The position numbers and the translations under genes were made by a program. Below, piece after piece: positions 1-9,600 of a DNA stretch of 64,000 nt. The DNA lies in contig CBDAOY010000009.1 in the NCBI GenBank assembly GCA_965198225.1, forward strand, positions 384,001 to 448,000, in the 5' to 3' direction. Positions within the stretch are counted from its first letter, which is position 1. Each line of letters starts with the position of its first letter. The notes under the pieces were generated by a model. The model had not been told where the DNA came from. It saw only the letters and a list, made by a program, of their open reading frames with translations, and ran no database searches. The stretch comes from Terriglobia bacterium. GTDB taxonomy: Bacteria; Acidobacteriota; Terriglobia; 20CM-2-55-15.

Positions 1-1
1 G

Positions 2-769
2 AGCGGGTGGGTCGCGGCCAACAACCAGGCCCTGCGCAACCTGCCGCCGTTCCCGGATTTCAGGAACTTCCACGATCCGAAGCCGCGGTTTGAGATCTCG
101 AGCATCGCCCCGATGAACCATCGCGGCATCGTCGTCGGGTCCCTGGCACTGTACCGGGAAGCGAAGGAGAACTTTTCCGACCTGGAATTTCGGCACCTGG
201 AGATTATTGCCGCGCAGGCCGCGGTCGCCTTGAATCGGGCTCGCGAACAAGAGGGCACCGAATCCGCGCTCTTCGACGAGCTCACCGAACTGCCGAACGG
301 CTACCAGATGTACCTGATGTTCGATCAGGTCGCCACAGATGCGCTACGCTATGAATACCCGTTGGCGCTGATGGCCTTCCGGTTGGACGAGTTCGCGGAG
401 ATCAAGCGACGTTATGGACATCTCAGCACAGCCGAAGTCGTGAGGTTCATCTCGCGCTATCTGAAGGACGAAGTCCGGGATACGGACATTCTCGTGCGTT
501 ATGCGGACGACCAGTTCCTGACGCTGAACCCCAAAATGAGCCGGGATCAATCGGAGGTTCTAAAGTCCAGAATCCAGAGCGAGCTGGACCGGCACAAGTT
601 CATGATCCGCCACGGGATCGAACTGGCGCCAAGGGTCTCGATCGGCATCGCCGAGTTCCCAGAGGAAGCCACAAAGCTCGAGGACCTGCTTTCCATCGCC
701 GAATGGCGCCTCACGGAAGACGAGCGACTCCGGTCGATGGCTCGCCGGACACTGTCTTTCCCCTCCTGA
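2..769 (+). CDS. GAF + degenerate GGDEF domain protein (5'-partial)
   Basis: The frame is open from base 2 (SGWVAANNQALRN..., GAF-like). It continues into DELTELPN and RDTDILVRYADDQF (GGDEF replaced by ADDQF, RxxD I-site kept), then VSIGIAEFP. Confidence 0.8.
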   Translation, partial: SGWVAANNQALRNLPPFPDFRNFHDPKPRFEISSIAPMNHRGIVVGSLALYREAKENFSDLEFRHLEIIAAQAAVALNRAREQEGTESALFDELTELPNGYQMYLMFDQVATDALRYEYPLALMAFRLDEFAEIKRRYGHLSTAEVVRFISRYLKDEVRDTDILVRYADDQFLTLNPKMSRDQSEVLKSRIQSELDRHKFMIRHGIELAPRVSIGIAEFPEEATKLEDLLSIAEWRLTEDERLRSMARRTLSFPS

Positions 770-880
770 CTTTCTCTTTGTCCGACAAAAGTCGCGTTTT
801 TTGCGTTCCTTGTTCCGCCAAAGCGCGATAAATTGTCGCGGCTCTCGTTCTAACAATCTCCAGATGCTGAATGACAGCTC

Positions 881-895
881 TGGCACCGGCAGTGC
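881..895 (+). promoter_or_regulatory. Putative sigma54 -24/-12 promoter
   Basis: TGGCAC-CGGCA-GTGC gives GG-N10-GC spacing. It is followed by GGAGGA (909-914) and the TTG start at 928. Confidence 0.45.
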
Positions 896-927
896 TGGTG
901 ATCTGACGGGAGGAAGGCCCTCAATCA

Positions 928-3900
928 TTGCAGCGTTTCCTGACAGATCGCTTCGAAGTTCGCCGAATCCTCCGCCGCTCGAAGCACGTGACGTCGTTTG
1001 TGGGACACGACCGTTGGTGGGGACGGGACGATGTCTTTGTGAAGTGCATCCGAAGTCGAGCGTGCTGGATCGACCCGGCTTTCCCGGAATCACTGGCTCG
1101 CTACCGCGGCCTGGTTCACCCGCTGATCGGGAACATCTACGACGCCGGGTTTTCCCCAAGGAAAGACTTCTACTACGTACGACACCACGCGGCTCAAGCG
1201 GAGAGTCCCGCGAGTCCCGCACAACTCCTGCGAGTAGCTCCCCAGATAGTCGCCGCCTGCGCCTTGCTTCATTCAAGAGGTCTGGTCCACGGTCGGATCA
1301 AGCCAAACAACATCATCGTCCACGATAGCACCTGTCACGTTGTCGACGGTGGACTCCCACCTCTGCACGAATGGAATCTCGATGTGGACGACGTCCACTA
1401 CCGCGCACCGGAGCTTCTGGAAGGGGGTGAACCAACTATCGAGACCGATCTCTACTCACTCGGTGCGGTACTGTACAGGGCTTATTCAGGTCGCACTCTA
1501 TTTGAAGATCCCAGCATCGAACTTCTCAGAAACAAGTACGCCAACGCGAAACCTGAGCCTCTGAACAATGTCTGCGATGCGCCGAAAGCCGTCAGCGATC
1601 TCGTCCTGGGCCTGGTCGGCCGGAACTCGAAGGCAAGAAAAGAGGTGTTCACGGATGTCCTGAAGCTCTTCCCTGCTAGCTCAAGCCGCGTGATGCACGC
1701 GCCGTTTGTGGGTCGAGAAAGAGAGTTGCAGGAAGCGATAGAGCTTCTAGGTTCGAGTGGTCGCGACATACGGCTGCTGGTTGTCGAGGGAGAGGCTGGT
1801 GCCGGAAAGACAAGGCTGGTCGAAGAGCTCGGGTTTCGTCGCGCCCTCGCTTCCAGCGACTTCTCAGTCGGCCGGAGCTTTGAGAGGGAAAACCGTCAGT
1901 TCGAGCCGCTTCTTCAGGTGTTCTCCCAGAAGTTGGACCGGCGCGATGTGCTTTTCAAACGCTGGGAGGCGGCCGAGTTTCCACGCTTTCGTCACTCTCT
2001 GGATCACCTTCTGTCAGAAACGCTGGATGAGGGGCTGCCGCACGGGCTGTCTGCCGGCAAACTCGTGACAGACCTCGTGGGAGTGACGATTTCTCTAACC
2101 AATCAGGCACGGCGCAGCACTGTTGTTCTCGAAGACGCGCACTGGGCCGACGAAGGCACGCTCAAAGTACTCGAACAAATCCTTCTTCGCGGGGAGGAGG
2201 CGAACCTCTGCTTTCTCCTGACCGCCCGGTCGGGTGAGATTCAGGGACCGCTGCGCCGGTTGCTGAGCGGTCCGGCACCTTCCGGAATCACAATCCATCG
2301 AATCTCGCTCGAACCGCTGACTGCGACCGCGGCTCTCAGCCTTGCTGAGAGTCTTTGCGGCAATGCGGGGCACGCCGCACGGATCGTGGAAAAGGCCTGC
2401 GGAAACCCACTGTTCCTGGAAGAGTACTCCCGACACCGAAACATCCGAGGCAAGAGTCAGCCATCCAGCGTAAAGGATGTGCTCGTCGACAAGGCGACGA
2501 GTCTGACCAAAGGGCTCAGAGGTGCTATCGAGGCACTTTCGCTCTTTCCGAAACCCATGTCCTTCGACGAAGCAAAGGGCGCGATCGCGTCTCTGGTACC
2601 TCGGCCCGATGGGCAACTGGAAGAGCTGCTCGAAGCAGGCATTGTCGTGTCGGACGGTTCAAACATCCGGTTTCGTCACGACGGGATTCGGGAAGCGGTG
2701 TACAAGAGACTAGCGCTCAAGCGCCGCCGACAATTTCACCAAACCGTATGCGACCGGCTCCTTCAAGAGCCATCCGACGACGAGGCCATTGGATATCACG
2801 CCGAACGGGCCGGCTTACCCAAGAAGGCCGCCCGGGCCTACATCGCTGCCGCGGACCGCAATCGTGAGCATCACAATTACCAGACTGCAGCCGAGCTCTT
2901 TTCCTTCGCGCGCAGGTGTTTTGTCCGCTCTAGGCAGAAGGTGCCTCATTCGTTGGACCTGTCGTACAGCCGCTGCTTGATGTCGATCGGAAGAAAGTAC
3001 CACGCGCGGAAGCTTCTCCATCGAATCGTAGCGACTAGCACCGATCACGGCGTTCGGGCCCTGGCATACGGCTATCTCGCCGGCTCTTCGCCGGACGATC
3101 CCGAATCGTGTCTGGCATTCTTTCGCTCACAGCTAGCGGAACTCCCGAAGGGATCGGACAAACTCTCCTCGGTACACTTGGGCCTGTCTCAGGCTCACGC
3201 TGTCGCCGGGCACGCCCGGGAAGCCACGAAGTGCCTTTCGAGCGCCGAACGACTATTCGCAGGGAATTCCGATGCGACGAGGCTTCGGTCATTTCTTGCC
3301 ATAAAGGGGGTCGTTCTCATTGCGCTTTGCGAGTACCGGCAAGCGTTATCCGTATTGCCCAGCCAGGCTGTCGGAGACCATCAACCTCGCGTTCTAAACA
3401 ATAGAGCCGTATGCATGGAGCATCTCGGCCAGTTGGATGCAGCCTGTGCGTACCAACGCGAAGCACTCGACCTGTCTCGCCGCCAAGGCATGCTGGAAGG
3501 GGAACTGCTGTCACTTGCTAACATCGGCGCTTTCGAAACCAAGAGGGGCAACTTCGAACTAGCTGCGAGCAGTTTCCGGGAGGCTGAAAGTTTCTGTGCT
3601 TCCATGAACCTTTATCGAGACGGGGATCGGAAAAATCTGCCGCTCCCCGCTGCCGATCAGGCAGCCCTCCGCATGGAAATGGGACAATACGCCGAGGCGC
3701 GGAAGCTGTTCGTGTCGGCTTTCAGATGGCTCAAACGGGACCGCTCGAGCCAGAGCGCGATCTGGGCCGCCCTGAAACGGAGCGAGTTCTACACGCGAAC
3801 TGGTGAGATGCAGCTTGCGGCACCGGTCATCGATTCCGTTAGCGCCAGCGAGCTCTTTGACACCGACTTCCTGAAGGTGGAGCGGGCCCTGATCGAGGCC

Positions 3901-5973
3901 ATTTTACTCAGGCTCCCTGAAATAGACCGGCTTCGGCTTCTCGACGCCGCCCTGCCACTCACCGCGTCTCTCGGTACGCTCTACCAGCGCTGTCGCGTCC
4001 TGATCGAGTCGGCGGCGCTTCTAATCGACGCGGCGCGTGACGAAGAGGCCCGGACGCGCGTCGCGGAGGCTCTGAAGCTGGCTCGGCGACACGGATACAG
4101 ACCGCTCGAAGCAAGTGCTTTGCTAATCAAGGGTTCAGTAACACGGAAGAAGCGCGCCCGGCATGAATACCTGCTACAGGCTTACCGGATCGCGTCCGAT
4201 ACCCCGCTGCCGGAAATCGCAGCCGAAAGCGCGCTTCGGATCGGAGAGCATCAGCTTGAATTGAATAATCTTTTCAACGCGCGTGAATACCTGTCGCGAA
4301 GCGTCTCTTTGACCAAGTCGCTGGCGGGCGGATTGCCGGCTCGGGCTCGAAATCGTTACCTTCTCGTTCCATGGAGGCAGCAAGCGATGAAACTACTGGC
4401 CAGCGTCGAGAATCAGCTACCTGCTCCCGGACGTCCAACCCCGATAAAGGACCCTCAGGATCGCCCGCTCTTCAAAGTGGCTTACGAAACAACGATGTCT
4501 CTCGGCGCTGCCAAGGGGGTCGAAGAGTACGTTCGTGCCTTGAACGGCGGGATCAAACGGGCGCTCAAGTGCAACGTCGCGTTCATGCTAACCGCCCGAG
4601 ACAAGATCGAGTTTCACGCTCTGGAAGCCCCGCCTGACGACGGCCTATCCAGAACGCTTTCCAAACTGTACGACAAGGTTCAGGACGGTCCTTTCTTCGG
4701 TCGAAGGGAAAATGTTCAAGAACGGGGTTCCGACAGAAGCGGCACAATGGCGTGGATTCCGCTGACAGCAGCCGGCTCCCGACTCGGAGGTCTGTATGTC
4801 AACATCGGAAAGAGGAGATTCAGCGAAGCAGAAATGGAGTTTCTTACGATGATCGGAATCATCGCGGCGAATGCGCTTGCCTCAATTCTGGCGTCTGACC
4901 ACCTGCCTCGCCAAAAGCGTCGCAAAAGATTCCATTACAAAGATATTGTTGGGGTTTCACGGGAAATCGAAGAAGTATGCGCCCAGATCGAGATTGCCGC
5001 CGGCAATCCTGCCACCGTGCTCATCGAAGGTGAGAGCGGAACGGGCAAGGAACTGGTAGCCCGGGCTATCCATGACCACAGCGCGCGGCGCGCGGGGCCG
5101 ATGGTGACTGTCGATTGTGGTTCGATCCCGGAAACGCTGATCGAGAGTGAGATGTTTGGAAGTCGACGGGGATCATTCACCGGAGCCACGGCGGACCGTC
5201 GGGGCCTGATTGAATCTGCCCACAGGGGAACGCTGTTCCTCGACGAAATCGCGAATACCAGCCCCGCCCTGCAGGCCAAACTTCTTCGAGTGCTGCAGGA
5301 GAAGGAGGTACGACGGCTCGGAGAAACCAAGGGCCGGGCCGTCGACATCCGTCTTTTGGCCGCGACCAACGCAAACCTCGAAAGGCTGGCTGAACAAGGT
5401 CAATTCCGCCAGGACTTGTATTTTCGGTTGAAAGTCCTGTACATCCAGATCCCTCCCCTCCGCGAGCGAAGGAAAGACATTCCTGAAATCGCACGCGCTT
5501 TTCTCCGGCAGCTAACCCAGGCCAACGCTACGAACAAGCGCTTCGGTCGCGGGATTCTGGACCGCATTGCGGCCGGACACTACCCTGGTAATGTTCGGGA
5601 ACTGCAGAACCTCGTGGAGCGCGCCTACTTCTCGGCAACCGCCGGCGACACGATCAAGAAGGTATCCATCGAAGTTGTTCCGGCTCGGCGCAAGGACTCA
5701 AATGAAGTCCAAGCCTGGTTCAAGGACCTGACGGAAGGACGCAAGGACTTCTGGGTCGACATCCACGCCCGCTACAAGCAACGCGACATTTCTCGCGAAC
5801 AGGTCATTGCGTTGATGGGCCTCGGCTTGAAGGAGACGCGCGGATCTTATAAGTCTGTGGGTGAACTGTTCCATGTCCAGGAGAGTGACTATCGACGCTT
5901 CATGGATTTCCTCCGCCGCAACAAGTGTCAGCCCGATTTCAGACCGTATCGAAGGTTAGAAGGCCCACGCTAG
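928..5973 (+). CDS. Multidomain sigma54-dependent activator: Ser/Thr pseudokinase - STAND/AAA NTPase - TPR - GAF-like - sigma54 AAA+ - C-terminal helical domain
   Basis: Kinase-fold motifs: HGRIKPNN, YRAPELL, DLYSLG. NTPase: GEAGAGKT, VVLEDAHWAD, GNPLFLEE. TPR-like helical repeats follow. bEBP motifs: GESGTGKELVARAIH, ESEMFG, GSFTGA, GTLFLDEI, FRQDLYFRL, PGNVRELQN. Confidence 0.85.
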   Translation: MQRFLTDRFEVRRILRRSKHVTSFVGHDRWWGRDDVFVKCIRSRACWIDPAFPESLARYRGLVHPLIGNIYDAGFSPRKDFYYVRHHAAQAESPASPAQLLRVAPQIVAACALLHSRGLVHGRIKPNNIIVHDSTCHVVDGGLPPLHEWNLDVDDVHYRAPELLEGGEPTIETDLYSLGAVLYRAYSGRTLFEDPSIELLRNKYANAKPEPLNNVCDAPKAVSDLVLGLVGRNSKARKEVFTDVLKLFPASSSRVMHAPFVGRERELQEAIELLGSSGRDIRLLVVEGEAGAGKTRLVEELGFRRALASSDFSVGRSFERENRQFEPLLQVFSQKLDRRDVLFKRWEAAEFPRFRHSLDHLLSETLDEGLPHGLSAGKLVTDLVGVTISLTNQARRSTVVLEDAHWADEGTLKVLEQILLRGEEANLCFLLTARSGEIQGPLRRLLSGPAPSGITIHRISLEPLTATAALSLAESLCGNAGHAARIVEKACGNPLFLEEYSRHRNIRGKSQPSSVKDVLVDKATSLTKGLRGAIEALSLFPKPMSFDEAKGAIASLVPRPDGQLEELLEAGIVVSDGSNIRFRHDGIREAVYKRLALKRRRQFHQTVCDRLLQEPSDDEAIGYHAERAGLPKKAARAYIAAADRNREHHNYQTAAELFSFARRCFVRSRQKVPHSLDLSYSRCLMSIGRKYHARKLLHRIVATSTDHGVRALAYGYLAGSSPDDPESCLAFFRSQLAELPKGSDKLSSVHLGLSQAHAVAGHAREATKCLSSAERLFAGNSDATRLRSFLAIKGVVLIALCEYRQALSVLPSQAVGDHQPRVLNNRAVCMEHLGQLDAACAYQREALDLSRRQGMLEGELLSLANIGAFETKRGNFELAASSFREAESFCASMNLYRDGDRKNLPLPAADQAALRMEMGQYAEARKLFVSAFRWLKRDRSSQSAIWAALKRSEFYTRTGEMQLAAPVIDSVSASELFDTDFLKVERALIEAILLRLPEIDRLRLLDAALPLTASLGTLYQRCRVLIESAALLIDAARDEEARTRVAEALKLARRHGYRPLEASALLIKGSVTRKKRARHEYLLQAYRIASDTPLPEIAAESALRIGEHQLELNNLFNAREYLSRSVSLTKSLAGGLPARARNRYLLVPWRQQAMKLLASVENQLPAPGRPTPIKDPQDRPLFKVAYETTMSLGAAKGVEEYVRALNGGIKRALKCNVAFMLTARDKIEFHALEAPPDDGLSRTLSKLYDKVQDGPFFGRRENVQERGSDRSGTMAWIPLTAAGSRLGGLYVNIGKRRFSEAEMEFLTMIGIIAANALASILASDHLPRQKRRKRFHYKDIVGVSREIEEVCAQIEIAAGNPATVLIEGESGTGKELVARAIHDHSARRAGPMVTVDCGSIPETLIESEMFGSRRGSFTGATADRRGLIESAHRGTLFLDEIANTSPALQAKLLRVLQEKEVRRLGETKGRAVDIRLLAATNANLERLAEQGQFRQDLYFRLKVLYIQIPPLRERRKDIPEIARAFLRQLTQANATNKRFGRGILDRIAAGHYPGNVRELQNLVERAYFSATAGDTIKKVSIEVVPARRKDSNEVQAWFKDLTEGRKDFWVDIHARYKQRDISREQVIALMGLGLKETRGSYKSVGELFHVQESDYRRFMDFLRRNKCQPDFRPYRRLEGPR

Positions 5974-6246
5974 TGTCCTGAGTTAGAAGTTCGTTCACTA
6001 TCTCCGACGGATGTTGCCACTCGCGGGGTGGACGTTGAACCGATCGACAACGGGTGTATGCACGCGGCCGGCTCGGCCCTCACAACCGGCAACTTCCATC
6101 GGCCCTGCGGGTTCGGGCGGAACGGCGCTGTCTTTGGAGTCGCTCCTCCTCGCAATGAATGAGCATTGGCTCGTCGTCGCTCCCCCCAAATCCAGCGTCG
6201 TTGCGCTCCGAAATATAGCAAACGTACTTCTAACTCAGGACACTAG
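5970..6246. mobile_element. MITE-like non-autonomous element (277 bp)
   Basis: Perfect 21-bp terminal inverted repeat CTAGTGTCCTGAGTTAGAAGT (5970-5990 / 6226-6246), CTAG at both ends, no convincing coding content. Confidence 0.85.
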
Positions 6247-6329
6247 GTGCCGAGCAGGCCTGTTTGAGTCGCCGATGATGAATGTAGGGCCGCACGAGAT
6301 AGATCCAACCCCCGTGCTACCATTCGGCC

Positions 6330-6998
6330 ATGGAACCGGTGGTAAAGGTCTCCGGCGTCCGAAAGGTTTACGAGGGGGAAGGCGAACCGGTTGTTGCGTT
6401 GAACGACGTCTCGCTCGAGGTCGACTCCGGCGAATTCGTTGCCCTGATGGGCCCCAGCGGCTGCGGCAAATCGACCCTCCTGCACATCATCGGCGCGATG
6501 GATCGTCCGTCGGCGGGCAAGGCCTGGATCCAAGGCGCGCCCATACACAACCTACCCGAAGAAGAGCTGACCGGAATCCGTCGCACACGAGTGGGCTTCG
6601 TGTTTCAGTTCTTCTACCTTCTGCCCACGCTCACGCTTGAAGAAAACGTCGCCTTGCCCCTGTTGCTCGCGAACGGGCGGCATGTGGATTCGGACCGGGT
6701 TCAGGCCCTGATTGAAACCGTCGGCCTGACCGACCGGCGTTCAGCAACCCCGAACCAGCTCTCGGGTGGGGAAATGCAACGGGCTGCGCTGGCAAGAGCA
6801 GTCGTCCACCGGCCGCCGCTCGTCGTGGCGGACGAACCGACCGGCAATCTGGATTCCGATAACGGTCGCGTGATCCTCGAGCTGCTCCGGAAGTTGTCGA
6901 GAGAGGGCACGACCGTCGTCATGGCCACCCACAGCGATGCGGCTGCCGCGTACGCGGCGCGTGTGTTACGCCTGAGGGATGGGAAACTGGTCGAATGA
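6330..6998 (+). CDS. ABC transporter ATP-binding protein (LolD/MacB type)
   Basis: [30 protein letters not shown]. Confidence 0.92.
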   Translation: MEPVVKVSGVRKVYEGEGEPVVALNDVSLEVDSGEFVALMGPSGCGKSTLLHIIGAMDRPSAGKAWIQGAPIHNLPEEELTGIRRTRVGFVFQFFYLLPTLTLEENVALPLLLANGRHVDSDRVQALIETVGLTDRRSATPNQLSGGEMQRAALARAVVHRPPLVVADEPTGNLDSDNGRVILELLRKLSREGTTVVMATHSDAAAAYAARVLRLRDGKLVE

Positions 6999-9598
6999 CG
7001 CGCTTTGCCCGGCTCTTCCACCGCTACATCCTCCGCGATCTCGCGCGCAATCCCATCCGGACGCTCCTCACCCTGACCGGGGTGGCGCTGGGCATTGCGG
7101 TCGTCGTCGGGGTGCACGTGGCCAACGACCGGGCGATCTCCTCGTTCAACGACTCGCTGCGGATCCTGAGCGGCCAGGCCGACCTTCAGATTTCTGCCAA
7201 CGGGCTGCAACTGGACGAGGAGCTGATCGGCGAGCTCTCCTGGGTCTGGGACGTGGGCGCGATGACGGCGATCGTCGAAGGCCGGGTCGACCTGGACGCC
7301 TCGCCCAACCCGATCGAGCGGCAATCACTCCGGATCTTCGGTATCGATCTGCTATCCGACGCTCCGTTCCGAACCTACACACTCACCGAAGGCGACGACC
7401 TCGGCCTGGACATCACCCGTGAGCAGTTCATCGACTTGCTGGTTGAACCCGACACCATCATCATCCCCTCACTCCTGGCCGAAGAGTTCGCCCTCGGCGT
7501 CGGCGACACGATTCAATTCCTTGTTTCGAACCGCTGGCGGGACTTTCGGGTCGGCGCCATCCTGCAGGACGAAGGCGTGGCCGAAGCCTTCGGCGGGCGG
7601 ATCGTTTTCATGGACATCGCCGGAGCGCAGACGGCTCTGAACAAGATCGGTTGGATCGACCGGATCGAAGTCCTCCTGGACGACCCGGCGCTGGCGGATG
7701 CGGTCGAAGAGCGGATCCGAGTCCAACTCCCTGCATCGGTCATCGTCTACCGGCCCGAAGAGGCCGCCGCCTACAACGAAAAGATGGTCCGCGCCTTCCG
7801 CTACAACCTGACCGCGCTCTCCTACATCGCCCTCGTCGTCGGCATGATCCTCGTCTACAACACGCTGAACATCGCCGTCGTTCGGAGGCGGGCCGAAATC
7901 GGCGCGCTCCGCACGTTAGGAACTTCGCGGACGACCATCAAATGGATGTTCCTGATCGAAGCGACCGCCTTCGGTGTGATCGGCGCCGCGCTCGGGGTCT
8001 GGGGGGGGGAGTTCCTCGCCGCTGCAGCCGGTGCTCTGGTGTCGCAGACCATCTCCGGGCTTTACACCGGCGTCGCCGTCATCCCGTCACTGACACGCTC
8101 CGACCCTATCTTCTACATCGAGATGCTGTTGCTCGGCGGTGTCCTGGCGGCAATCTCGGGAACGGGGCCCGCGCTGCGGGCCACCCAGGTCTCGCCGGTG
8201 GGCGCACTGCGCGAGAACGTCCTCGGCACTATTCGCGCAACGCGGCTGCGGGTTCAGGTCTTCGGCGGAATCGGTGCGCTGATCCTCGGTACCGTTCTCG
8301 CACTCGGTCCGCCGATCGAAGGTTTCCCGTTTCTCGGGTACGCATCGGGCGTGTCGTTCATCGCCGGCTTCGGACTGCTCTCACCCCTGCTCGCACGGAT
8401 GCTTCTAAAACTGATCCGGCGCCCGTTAACGACGGCGCTTCCGGCCGAAGGTCGCCTGGCCGTCCAGACGATCGAAGGTAGTCTCGGCCGGGTCGTCGTC
8501 GCGGTGATGTCGCTTGCGATCGCCGTAGCGATGCTGATCAGCGTGGCGATCATGGTCGCGAGCTTCCGCGACACGGTGATCGTCTGGATCGACCAGACCT
8601 TGAAGGGCGACCTCTACCTGCGTCCGGCCGCGTTCGGCAGCAACGGGGGGCGGAACGTCCTGGAGAGCGAGACCCTGCACGTGCTCGAAACCATGCCGGC
8701 GATCGAAGCCATCGACCGGTTCCGCTCGATGACGATCGACTACGGAGGCTTCCCTGCCTTCCTGGCTGCCGGAGAGTTTGGCACCGTCGCTTCTCACAGC
8801 AACCTCCTCTTCATGAACGGCCGCCAGACGGCGGCGGTCGCCAAACGGTTGATCGGGGCCGACCGCGTGGTCGTTTCCGAGCCCTTCGCCGTACGGCACG
8901 GGGTTCGTGCGGGCGATCGGATCATGCTCCCGACCCCGGCAGGGATGGAGCCGTTCGAGGTCGAAGCCCTCTTTTATGACTACTCATCAGAGGGCGGGCT
9001 CGTAGTAATGGATCGTGGCACGTACCTCACGAAATTCGAGGACCCCGACGTCAGCAACGTTGCGCTCTACCTGAAACCCGAGGCTGACCCGATCACGACC
9101 CGAGCCGAGATCGCGGCCGCGCTCCCCGACACTCAGCTTCGGATCGCAACGAACGGCGAGCTGCGGGGGCAGGTGTTGCGCGTCTTCGACCAGACGTTCC
9201 AGATCACCTACGCCCTGGAGGTCATCGCGATGGCCGTAGCGGTGCTGGGAATCGCCAATACGCTAGCCGCGCTCATCATCGAGCGCCGTCCCGAAATCGC
9301 CATGTTGCGATTCATCGGGGCCGCACGGTCACAAATTCGCCGGGTCGTCGTCCTGGAATCGGGCCTGATCGGCGTGCTCGGCGGCGCGATCGGCCTGGTC
9401 CTGGGCATCCTTCTGTCGCTGCTCCTGATCTATGTCATCAACTTCCAGTCGTTCGGCTGGACCATCCAGTTCACAATGCCGCTGGGCTTTCTGGCGCAAG
9501 CGCTTGGGGTGGTGCTGGTCGCCACCGTCGCGGCCGGGCTCTACCCGGCATCACTGGCACTGAAGATGGATCCGATCAAGGGGATCCGGGCGGAGTAG
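6995..9598 (+). CDS. ABC transporter permease with duplicated MacB-PCD/FtsX modules
   Basis: Two FtsX-type motifs (RRAEIGALRTLG, ERRPEIAMLRFIGA), multiple TM segments, ATGA overlap with the ATPase gene. Confidence 0.88.
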   Translation: MTRFARLFHRYILRDLARNPIRTLLTLTGVALGIAVVVGVHVANDRAISSFNDSLRILSGQADLQISANGLQLDEELIGELSWVWDVGAMTAIVEGRVDLDASPNPIERQSLRIFGIDLLSDAPFRTYTLTEGDDLGLDITREQFIDLLVEPDTIIIPSLLAEEFALGVGDTIQFLVSNRWRDFRVGAILQDEGVAEAFGGRIVFMDIAGAQTALNKIGWIDRIEVLLDDPALADAVEERIRVQLPASVIVYRPEEAAAYNEKMVRAFRYNLTALSYIALVVGMILVYNTLNIAVVRRRAEIGALRTLGTSRTTIKWMFLIEATAFGVIGAALGVWGGEFLAAAAGALVSQTISGLYTGVAVIPSLTRSDPIFYIEMLLLGGVLAAISGTGPALRATQVSPVGALRENVLGTIRATRLRVQVFGGIGALILGTVLALGPPIEGFPFLGYASGVSFIAGFGLLSPLLARMLLKLIRRPLTTALPAEGRLAVQTIEGSLGRVVVAVMSLAIAVAMLISVAIMVASFRDTVIVWIDQTLKGDLYLRPAAFGSNGGRNVLESETLHVLETMPAIEAIDRFRSMTIDYGGFPAFLAAGEFGTVASHSNLLFMNGRQTAAVAKRLIGADRVVVSEPFAVRHGVRAGDRIMLPTPAGMEPFEVEALFYDYSSEGGLVVMDRGTYLTKFEDPDVSNVALYLKPEADPITTRAEIAAALPDTQLRIATNGELRGQVLRVFDQTFQITYALEVIAMAVAVLGIANTLAALIIERRPEIAMLRFIGAARSQIRRVVVLESGLIGVLGGAIGLVLGILLSLLLIYVINFQSFGWTIQFTMPLGFLAQALGVVLVATVAAGLYPASLALKMDPIKGIRAE

Positions 9599-9600
9599 GC

